DNA of 64,000 bases from Candidatus Woesearchaeota archaeon. Lineage in GTDB: Archaea > Nanobdellota > Nanobdellia > Pacearchaeales > GW2011-AR1. The stretch is from positions 1 through 64,000 of the forward strand of contig CAZHCL010000001.1 of NCBI GenBank assembly GCA_964530955.1, in the 5' to 3' direction. Made by a program: the position numbers and the translations under genes. Below, in pieces: positions 1 through 7,115 of this stretch (within the stretch, counting starts at the first letter, position 1; each line of letters begins with the position of its first letter). The notes under the pieces were generated by a model. That model was not told the origin of the DNA and did no database searches. It was given only the letters and a program-made list of their open reading frames with translations.

Positions 1-921
1 TCCAGCAAATCTGCCATAAGCAACAGATTCTCTTCCTTCTGGAGTCTTCATTTCTTTTTCAACTCCATTTCCTGCTTCAGGCTTACTTCTTTCTTGCCCT
101 TCTTCCCCGCCTTCACCATTGCTTTCATAAGCAGAAAGTCTTTCACTAGGAGATTGGTCTAACAAATGAGCTAAATTTCTTGTGAAATCAGAAGCCATTT
201 TCGGCCATTGCTTTCTTTCAAAGAGAGGAGTTGTTCCTTGTGGAGAGCTTGCTACATTTTTTGGTAAATGAAGGTCTTTGACAACCTTCTGAACTCCTGT
301 TTCAATTGCTCTATCGTTAGTATAATGTCTCTTTAGTAAAGCAGTATCGACATTATCTCCGATAAGATGCATATTAAGCTTGACAAATGCTTCATAAAAT
401 GGAGTATATCCTTTTTTACCTTCTGCTTTTAAAGCTAATCCTTCATTGTCCCAGAATAAAACTTGTCCATTAAAATCTCCTTTAAATTCCTTACATCTAG
501 CATTTACAAAAACATCTTCAAAAGCGTTGGATACATAACGTGCTAAACCTTTCTTACCTTCAGGCAATGCATCTTTGACAGCTTCAAGAATTTTATCATG
601 GTCATAAACATCAAAGGGACACCCTCTTTCAGAGCCGACAGGAAGTTCCCAATGCCCGCATTCATGATAAAGAACATCAGTAATTAATGCCTCCAAACCA
701 TCAGCAATCTTTTTCTTTCTCGCATATGCCCTCTGTCTTCTGTCAGTTACTGGATTAAATCCTTTTCTTAAATTAATCTCAATATTCCATCCTTCTGGAG
801 TTATATGAGCAGCAACATTGTGTTCAGCTTGGTCGTATTCCTGAATCTTTAACGAACCTCCGACTAAGCCTATCTTACTCTTAGCTTGATGCAAATTTTG
901 TTTGATATTTTGTAAGTTCAT
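1..921 (-). CDS. Zincin-like (HExxH) protein, N-terminal 307 aa only (runs off window edge); probable metallopeptidase/VWA-type partner of the upstream AAA+ ATPase
   Basis: Not in the ORF track. Manual translation from ATG at 921 is open to base 1 (MNLQNIKQNLHQ...). Contains VLYHECGHWE (H86-H90, nt 652-666) and NAFEDVFVN (E135), then an acidic/Gly linker. SD-like AAGGAA lies just upstream. A VWA domain is not visible in the window. Confidence 0.7.
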   Translation of the reverse strand, partial: MNLQNIKQNLHQAKSKIGLVGGSLKIQEYDQAEHNVAAHITPEGWNIEINLRKGFNPVTDRRQRAYARKKKIADGLEALITDVLYHECGHWELPVGSERGCPFDVYDHDKILEAVKDALPEGKKGLARYVSNAFEDVFVNARCKEFKGDFNGQVLFWDNEGLALKAEGKKGYTPFYEAFVKLNMHLIGDNVDTALLKRHYTNDRAIETGVQKVVKDLHLPKNVASSPQGTTPLFERKQWPKMASDFTRNLAHLLDQSPSERLSAYESNGEGGEEGQERSKPEAGNGVEKEMKTPEGRESVAYGRFAG

Positions 922-934
922 TTTAATTTATTCC

Positions 935-1735
935 TTATTTTTGCGAGCCTGCGGTGCCTACGGCACCGATGCGTACCCCAAGCGAGGAATACGCGCCAGA
1001 CGCAACCCCACCGCAGACCAGGCCAGCCCAGTCCGAACCCGCACCGAACCCCGCGACTCTTTCAGTATCTTGTTTTGAATTAACTCTCCACAGATAAGTA
1101 TTAGTTCCATTTAGCCACTCAAAAGTATTTTTAATTTCATTGGCATCATCAGCAGTGCCTAAAAGAAACTGATAAGGCAAAATATTATTTGTAGAACTTA
1201 TTAATTCATCAGAGCCTACAAAATTCACATTTTTTGAATATCTTTCTCTTGTGCCGTGATTGTGTATAACTTCATCTTCGCCAGTAGCTTGATATTTTAC
1301 TCTTGTTAGAGTCATCAACCATTTTGCTCTTGCACTGCTCTTCAAAAATTGTTTTGCTTCTTCCACTTCTTGAGCTTTCGATACATCGTTTCTCGCAATA
1401 TAAAGCGCCTTTACTATTCCATAAAGTAGAGGATAATCTGGAGTTCTAAAACCATTTTGAGCAATTGCAGTTTCTGCATAAGCAGCCCAATCATCTTGTG
1501 TTTTCGCACTTCCATTTTCTAATAATGATTTGGCTAAGTCAACAGAATAGATTCCATTCCTATATGCAACTCCAGATATCTGCCATGCATCAGAAATATT
1601 ACTAATTTGAATATTTGAAGGCAAATTAGACTGACTTGGATTTGGAGAAGTTTGATTTTGAGCAGACGCTAGCACTCTTTCAAGTGAGCCTTCAATTGGT
1701 CTTCCCATGTAATTTTTAGGTATTTTTATTGTCAT
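935..1735 (-). CDS. DGR target protein 1 (C-terminal variable region, probable CLec fold)
   Basis: The 3' end carries VR1 and ends ...AYSSLGVR, resembling the terminal GxR strand of CLec-type DGR targets. Confidence 0.9.
   Translation of the reverse strand: MTIKIPKNYMGRPIEGSLERVLASAQNQTSPNPSQSNLPSNIQISNISDAWQISGVAYRNGIYSVDLAKSLLENGSAKTQDDWAAYAETAIAQNGFRTPDYPLLYGIVKALYIARNDVSKAQEVEEAKQFLKSSARAKWLMTLTRVKYQATGEDEVIHNHGTRERYSKNVNFVGSDELISSTNNILPYQFLLGTADDANEIKNTFEWLNGTNTYLWRVNSKQDTERVAGFGAGSDWAGLVCGGVASGAYSSLGVRIGAVGTAGSQK
952..968 (-). promoter_or_regulatory. GC-rich DNA hairpin just 3' of VR1/IMH (7-bp stem, GTA loop), probable DGR homing element
   Basis: Minus strand CGGTGCC-GTA-GGCACCG is a perfect inverted repeat starting 4 nt after VR1. 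Confidence 0.75.
973..1057 (-). repeat. DGR variable repeat VR1
   Basis: 85-nt ungapped match to TR 4280-4364 with 21 mismatches, all at TR adenines (17 A>G, 4 A>T). Confidence 0.96.
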
Positions 1736-1744
1736 ATTATTCTC

Positions 1745-2518
1745 CTAATTTTTCGGGCGCGCAGCGCGTACCCCAAGCGAGGAATACGTGCCAGACGCAT
1801 TCCCATCGCAGCCCAGGTACGCCCTGCCCGAACTCGCATCGAACCTCGCGACTGCTCCATCTACTGGCGTCCAATAGTATAAACTTCCTTTCTTAGTTTT
1901 TGGAGTAGGTAATCCTTGATAATTAGCTTTTTTCAACCAATCATTAAAATTTATTCCAGGAGTTTTATCTGTCTTAATATAATTGACTAAATGTTCATTG
2001 ACTTCTACCAAATTGCCTCCCCCATTAAAATTAAAGGTATGATAAATTATATTGCTTCCTTCAAATCTAGTATCTAACCATTCTGACCTCCAAGGGTCTC
2101 TAACTTTAACTATCTCATCAAAAACACTTTCTAACTTTCCTCTGTTAATTAATTTTCCAGTTCCATCAAATGCTCTTCTGGATTTAAGTAAACTAAGAAA
2201 GTCCACAAATTGCCTTATAGTTAGCATATAATTTCCTTCTTTTGCCAAATCTTCATGAGTTTTAGTCCAATTTTTACCCATGTGACTTTTCTCCATAGAA
2301 ACTAACATATCAGGATATGAATAACTTCCGTGTTGTTTAGCTTCAAGTAAGATATAGTTTTCTGGATTAGTTAAATTTGAAGACGAAGGCACAATTTGAG
2401 AAGTATTTCTACTTTTTTTCTTAGTTTTTACAGAAGGAGGACTATTGCTTGCTAAAATAATTTCAATGGCTCCTTTTATGGGCTTACCACTATATATTGC
2501 TGGAATTTTAATTGCCAT
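1745..2518 (-). CDS. DGR target protein 2 (C-terminal variable region, probable CLec/FGE-like fold)
   Basis: The 3' end carries VR2. NW...MLTIRQF and SEW segments resemble FGE/CLec targets, and the protein ends TYSSLGVR. Confidence 0.9.
   Translation of the reverse strand: MAIKIPAIYSGKPIKGAIEIILASNSPPSVKTKKKSRNTSQIVPSSSNLTNPENYILLEAKQHGSYSYPDMLVSMEKSHMGKNWTKTHEDLAKEGNYMLTIRQFVDFLSLLKSRRAFDGTGKLINRGKLESVFDEIVKVRDPWRSEWLDTRFEGSNIIYHTFNFNGGGNLVEVNEHLVNYIKTDKTPGINFNDWLKKANYQGLPTPKTKKGSLYYWTPVDGAVARFDASSGRAYLGCDGNASGTYSSLGVRAARPKN
1768..1852 (-). repeat. DGR variable repeat VR2
   Basis: 85-nt ungapped match to TR with 14 mismatches: 13 at TR adenines (11 A>G, 2 A>T) and one synonymous T>G at 1820. 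Confidence 0.96.
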
Positions 2519-3734
2519 AGTTGGCCTCTTGCTGTTGTGTAAGATATGTTAAGATATCTTTCATAAAAGACCAACGCCCAGTAAATCTATTTAAGACTTT
2601 ATCATTTAACTTTCCCGAACTAGCCATTTCTAATCCAGCACGAATATCATCATCCTTAGCTACAATCTGTGTTTGAGTAGTCTGAACGATAGCATCTAAT
2701 GCTTTATATTTATCTCCCCCATAATGAGCTTCGACCGCAGCTTCATTTAAAACTCCTGAATAAGCTGCTACAAACTTATAAGCCTGAAGCACAGATTCTA
2801 GAGGAACAACTAATCCATCTTTTCCAGTCTTATCTCTAACAATACTATCTAATGCTTGTGATAATCTAAGAGTTGATTTTGCTGCTCTTGTAGAAAGAGG
2901 AAATATTAATGATTCATCTGAACCTTTAGCATGATTCTTGATGGCAGTAGGCCATTGGTCTTTAAGTTTTCTTTTGCTTGTGACATTGGAATCAGTAGTG
3001 CAATAATCTAATCCGTGAACAAGATAAGCAACAATATTAAGTTTTTCGAGAGGAGTTTCTTGTTTAACAAGATCTTGATGTCTCTTTATAACTTCTTGAG
3101 ACCTGTCTTTGCCATCAGTCTCAAAATTGACCCTTGGATTTGTATTTCCTGCAAGAATTTCAAGAGTATCGTAAGATTGAGGAGCAAAATAATCCGTATC
3201 TAATATTACGTGCATTCTATCTTTTAATGCTCTTCCTAAATCATTTGAAGATTCTGTGAATTTCTGACCTAGATTACCTGTAGCAACTCCGACTGAATAT
3301 CCATTTCCAATTGGATAAGCCTTTCCATTAATCTCTATAAATCCATCAAATAAATTAAATAGCTGTCCTCTTACTGAAGGAACGCAATTAGGCAATTCAT
3401 CAACAACAATTAAATGATAGTCTATTTTATCAGTTAGTTCTCTAGGGTTCATGCCTTTGTCAAGTCTTCCTTCCTTTAATGCTCTAAAGAAATCTGGGTT
3501 TAATTGCTGGAACAATTCTCTTGTGTCCATATCATTTCTTCCTAGAATAAAAGTTGCTTTGTCACCAAAATAACTCATCATATCTCTAGCTAATTGAGTT
3601 TTACCACTTCCAGTATCTCCAACAAGCAAAAGATTTAACCTTCCTCTAAGACACGCCTCAGCCATATCATGCATGTAAATAGGCTGACCACCCAATTGCA
3701 TTATCTCAGTTGAATTTTTGTATGTTTGTTCCAT
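2508..3734 (-). CDS. AAA+ ATPase, MoxR/AAA_5 (dynein-related) type
   Basis: Walker A GDTGSGKT, Walker B LIVVDE, sensor-1 ATGN, Arg finger ALKDR. Confidence 0.85.
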   Translation of the reverse strand: MEQTYKNSTEIMQLGGQPIYMHDMAEACLRGRLNLLLVGDTGSGKTQLARDMMSYFGDKATFILGRNDMDTRELFQQLNPDFFRALKEGRLDKGMNPRELTDKIDYHLIVVDELPNCVPSVRGQLFNLFDGFIEINGKAYPIGNGYSVGVATGNLGQKFTESSNDLGRALKDRMHVILDTDYFAPQSYDTLEILAGNTNPRVNFETDGKDRSQEVIKRHQDLVKQETPLEKLNIVAYLVHGLDYCTTDSNVTSKRKLKDQWPTAIKNHAKGSDESLIFPLSTRAAKSTLRLSQALDSIVRDKTGKDGLVVPLESVLQAYKFVAAYSGVLNEAAVEAHYGGDKYKALDAIVQTTQTQIVAKDDDIRAGLEMASSGKLNDKVLNRFTGRWSFMKDILTYLTQQQEANYGN

Positions 3735-3886
3735 TATTCAGCCTCCTTGATTATATCAATTTTAATTTCAACTATAGTTTTAGGTTTTAAATCTTCCTGC
3801 AAATATTTAGGGATAAGTATGACTGATTGTTTACCGTGCTTGGCGATTCTCTTTGTTATTACATAACTTTTTTGTTTGCTTTCCAT
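3734..3886 (-). CDS. 50-aa AbrB/SpoVT-like (DUF2080-like) putative DNA-binding protein
   Basis: Not in the ORF track. MESKQKSYVITKRIAKHGKQSVILIPKYLQEDLKPKTIVEIKIDIIKEAE has the G.Q..I.IPK swapped-hairpin pattern. Its TAA overlaps the ATPase ATG (TAATG). Confidence 0.7.
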   Translation of the reverse strand: MESKQKSYVITKRIAKHGKQSVILIPKYLQEDLKPKTIVEIKIDIIKEAE

Positions 3887-3933
3887 TTTATGTTGTTTAT
3901 GTGTTTTCTGTTATTTTCCTACAGATTAAAGGG

Positions 3934-3948
3934 TATTTAAATCTTTCT
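3934..3948 (-). promoter_or_regulatory. Archaeal BRE-TATA promoter candidate for the regulator-ATPase-target operon
   Basis: Minus strand AGAAAG-ATTTAAATA about 48 nt upstream of ATG 3886. The same motif type precedes other genes in the window. Confidence 0.55.
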
Positions 3949-4207
3949 ATTTAGTTATAACTATATAGTAATAACATAAGTAGATACTCGAAAGCAATAA
4001 TACATTAAAATAGAAATTACAAAACAAAATCACCCTAGAGGAGTTTATAACTTCGTTCCCCAAAGGAATTCCTAAAAATAAACGCCAACAGGGTACAAGC
4101 ATAGTCATAGTGCTCTCTAAAAGAGCCATAAAATACAGCGATAATAGATAGTAATAATGAAAGACCTTGGGTAAGTTTAGAGTGAAACCTAAAATCGCAG
4201 TGATACT

Positions 4208-4255
4208 CTGAAAATCTAATAAGATTTTCAGGGCCTCAAGAACTTAAGTTCTTGA
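4208..4255. repeat. Two tandem inverted repeats just upstream of the TR
   Basis: CTGAAAATCT-AATA-AGATTTTCAG (4208-4231, 10-bp stem) and the perfect 20-bp palindrome TCAAGAACTTAAGTTCTTGA (4236-4255). Confidence 0.85.
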
Positions 4256-4279
4256 AGCTGAATGATTGTGCTACAACTT

Positions 4280-4364
4280 GTCGCGAGGTTCAATGCGAAT
4301 TCGGACAGGGCTAACCTGAACTGCAATAGGAATGCGTCTAACACGAATTCCTCGCTTGGAATAC
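4280..4364 (+). ncRNA. DGR template repeat (TR), core of the template RNA
   Basis: In the VR frame it has 8 AAY codons and ends TCCTCGCTTGGAATAC, where both VRs have TCCTCGCTTGGGGTAC. Confidence 0.93.
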
Positions 4365-4387
4365 CCTGTCCTCTAGGGATTTAAAAC

Positions 4388-5565
4388 ATGAAAACACACA
4401 AAAATTTGTATAAGAAGTTATGCACAATGAAGAATGTGCATGACTCTTATCTCAAGGCAAGAAGAGGAAAATCAAAGAAACAAGCAATTATTGAATTTGA
4501 CCAAAAGAAGGAAGAGAATCTTGAACAATTGCAAAAAGAGCTAATAGAAATGAATTATGAGCCTAAACCTCTCAAAAGATTTATTGTTAGAGACCCAAAA
4601 ACAAGAACAATTCACGCTTCCAAATTCAAGGATAGAGTTGTCCATCATATGCTGGTAAATGTTTTGGAGCCTATTTTTGAAAAAATATTCATTTTTGATT
4701 CCTACGCCAGCAGAAAAGACAAAGGAGCACATTTAGCAATAGAGAGATTTGACAGATTTAAGAGAAAAGTATCACAGAACGGAAGACTCGTTCGGGGGGG
4801 GGGCGTAGCAAAAATGAAGTTCAGGGTTATGTCCTAAAAGCAGATATCGCTCATTATTTTGATAGCGTTGACCATGAAATATTGTTAAATATAATAAAGA
4901 AGAAGGTTAAAGATGAAAAAATTATATGGCTTACAAGAAAGATTTTAAACAATTTCAATACTGAAGTTAAAGGCAAGGGCATGCCTCTAGGAAATTACAC
5001 ATCTCAATTCTTTGCAAATGTTTATCTTACTGAATTGGATTATTTTGTTAAACATACGTTAAAAGCTAAATATTATATTAGATATGTAGATGACTTTGTA
5101 ATATTGCATAGAAGCAAGAAAAGATTAGAATACTTCAAAAAGAGTATTATAGAATTTCTGAGAGAAATAAAATTAGAATTGCATCCTGACAAGTCAGATA
5201 TAATTCCATTGCAAAAAGGAGTTAACTTTTTAGGTTATAGAATTTTTTATAAATATAGATTATTGAGGAAAAGAAACAGAAATTACTTTCTAAAGAAATT
5301 TGAAAAATATCTAAAACTCTATAATGAAGAAATTATTAGTGATGAACAATTAATATTCAGATTACAAGGTTGGTTTGGCTACGCTCAATGGGCTGATACT
5401 TATCTTTTCAGAAAAAAGATGATAGAAAAAGCTGCAAATTCATTCAAAGCAAAAGGTTCTAAACTATTGGATGAATTATCTAAACTTAAGAAAATAACAA
5501 AACCGCAAGGTATAAAAGAAATAAAATGCATTCAAAGTGATAAAATAAGGGGAAAATGGACATAA
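4388..5565 (+). CDS. DGR reverse transcriptase, interrupted by a frameshift (ORF-track pieces 4388-4837 and 4882-5565 are one gene)
   Basis: The N-part has RT motifs RDPKTRTI..FKDRVVHH and SYASRKDKGAH. The -1 frame continues GYVLKADIAHYFDSVDH, GMPLGNYTSQFFAN, YIRYVDDF and FLGY. G11 or G8 instead of G10 restores a ~392-aa ORF. Confidence 0.92.
4794..4803 (+). repeat. G10 homopolymer at the RT frameshift
   Basis: TTC-GGGGGGGGGG-CGT, inside the interval (~4760-4835) where both frames are open. Confidence 0.95.
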
Positions 5566-5843
5566 TTGTCATATCCGGCATTCTTGGAGGAATAGGTGGT
5601 TTGACTAGGGGAGTTGTTGGTTTGTTAAAGGCTCTTTCTCTTAGAAGAAGGATTATATGGACTTATTATGCTATTACTGTTCTTGTTGCAATGATTATAG
5701 GCGCTTTTGTAGGGATAATATTCAGCTTTGACAAACGTCTTTCTTTACTGGCAGGATATGCTGGTACCGATATATTAGAGGGAATTTACAAGTCTTTTGC
5801 AGTTCAGAAGGTCTATGTTTCATCTGCAAAAGCAAGCAAATAA
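5556..5843 (+). CDS. Small membrane protein (about 3 TM), overlapping the RT stop
   Basis: Hydrophobic Gly-rich helices; GYAGTDILE motif. Confidence 0.65.
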   Translation: MDIIVISGILGGIGGLTRGVVGLLKALSLRRRIIWTYYAITVLVAMIIGAFVGIIFSFDKRLSLLAGYAGTDILEGIYKSFAVQKVYVSSAKASK

Positions 5844-5844
5844 A

Positions 5845-6234
5845 ATGAATACCATTGATGAAAGACTTTTAACATTTATCAGTGAAGCAAGAAGGAGAGG
5901 TTACAGTGATTCTAAAATAAAACAGGCTCTTATTGAGAAGAGCTGGCCTGCTGATGAAGTTGAACAAGCATTTCATCTTGCTAAGCTGTCTGAGAGCGAG
6001 CAGAATTCTAAGAAAGAAGGAGGGAAATTCAAAATAGAAGTATATCTTGAAACTGAAGTTTTCAAAAATGTGGAAAAAAGAGCTAGGAAGAATATGCTCT
6101 CTGTTCCTGAACAGATTGAAGATATAGTAAGAAGAAGCTGCGTGCGTTCAAAATTGATTAAACCATTCCAAAGTGAAAAAATAGATGACTTGCTCATTAG
6201 TGTATTTTCAAGAAGAAAGTCAGGAAGAAAATAA
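5845..6234 (+). CDS. Hypothetical protein (start probably 5845, MNTIDE...)
   Basis: ATG follows the previous stop; helical N-terminus and a possible ribbon-helix-helix-like C-terminal segment. Confidence 0.6.
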   Translation: MNTIDERLLTFISEARRRGYSDSKIKQALIEKSWPADEVEQAFHLAKLSESEQNSKKEGGKFKIEVYLETEVFKNVEKRARKNMLSVPEQIEDIVRRSCVRSKLIKPFQSEKIDDLLISVFSRRKSGRK

Positions 6235-6987
6235 GGATAAATAATTATCAAAAACCTTTTTCTTTGCTTCCTCTAAACTTATTCCTTTTATTTCTGAGAT
6301 TTTTTTGTAGCTCTCAATAACATTGGCTGGTTCATTTGGCCATTTTTTATCTGGGTGAAGGTAAGGAGAGTCTGTTTCACATAATAATCTTTCTATGCCT
6401 ACTTCCTTTATTATTTTCTGAAAGTGCTCACTGTTTTTTACTGAAGTTGGAATTGTAATAAACCAATTATTTTCAACAATTCTTTTGACAAGAGAAAATT
6501 TTCCAGAGAAACAGTGCATCACTACTTTTTTCGCATTGTTTTTTTCCAATATTTCAATACATTCAAGTTCTGCTTTTCTTGAATGAACTATTATTGGCTT
6601 GTCAAGCTCGATTGACAATCTTACGAATTTTTCAAATATATCTTTCTGTCTTTCTCTATCTTCTTCTTTTTCAGATTCCTTGAAATCGATTCCAACTTCT
6701 CCTATTGCAGTTAATTTACTTTTGTTTTTTCTGATGAATTCAATTTCATTATCTATCTCAGCAGCAGATAGGGCAAGAGCATCTATTGGATAAATACCCA
6801 GAGCAGATTTTACTTCAATATTTTTTGCAGAAAGTTCGAAAACTTTTCTGTTGCTTTGGGGATTAACGCCCTGTGTAATAATAATATTAACTCCTGCTTT
6901 CTTTGCTGATTCAATTACTTTTTCTACATCCTCACACATATCAAGATGACAATGTGCATCTATAAAGCAGGTTTCCTTATTTTTCAT
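6220..6987 (-). CDS. tatD: TatD family nuclease
   Basis: DAHCH, GEVGID, VHSR, MHCFSG and ETDSPY motifs. Confidence 0.93.
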   Translation of the reverse strand: MKNKETCFIDAHCHLDMCEDVEKVIESAKKAGVNIIITQGVNPQSNRKVFELSAKNIEVKSALGIYPIDALALSAAEIDNEIEFIRKNKSKLTAIGEVGIDFKESEKEEDRERQKDIFEKFVRLSIELDKPIIVHSRKAELECIEILEKNNAKKVVMHCFSGKFSLVKRIVENNWFITIPTSVKNSEHFQKIIKEVGIERLLCETDSPYLHPDKKWPNEPANVIESYKKISEIKGISLEEAKKKVFDNYLSLFSS

Positions 6988-7115
6988 CTTATGATAGGAT
7001 GAGAAAATTGCTATTTTAAAGCCTATCGGGCAGGGATATAGAATTTAATTTGGACCTATACTTAATTAAATTTATAAGGATAGATTCAATCAAAGTAAGA
7101 TGATTGGAGTTAACT

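Larger units (their letters stand above)
935..5565. mobile_element. Diversity-generating retroelement: two target genes with VRs (- strand), TR and RT (+ strand), with an AAA+ ATPase and a small regulator in between
   Basis: TR/VR alignments show adenine-specific mismatches, and an RT with a YVDD motif starts 23 nt after the TR. Confidence 0.95.

Noticed and set aside
3947-4129. 60-aa ORF as Avd or another accessory gene
   Set aside because: Too short, hydrophobic/Cys-rich, on the wrong strand and with no Avd-like pattern. Another frame gives a start-less hydrophobic stretch, also unconvincing.
4388-5565. RT as a group II intron, retron or CRISPR-associated RT
   Set aside because: Adenine-specific TR/VR pairs define a DGR. 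No maturase-X/endonuclease extension, msr-msd or cas genes were seen.
4882-5565. ORF-track 227-aa ORF as an independent gene
   Set aside because: Its frame is open upstream to about 4760 and contains the KADI motif, so it is the C-terminal part of the frameshifted RT.
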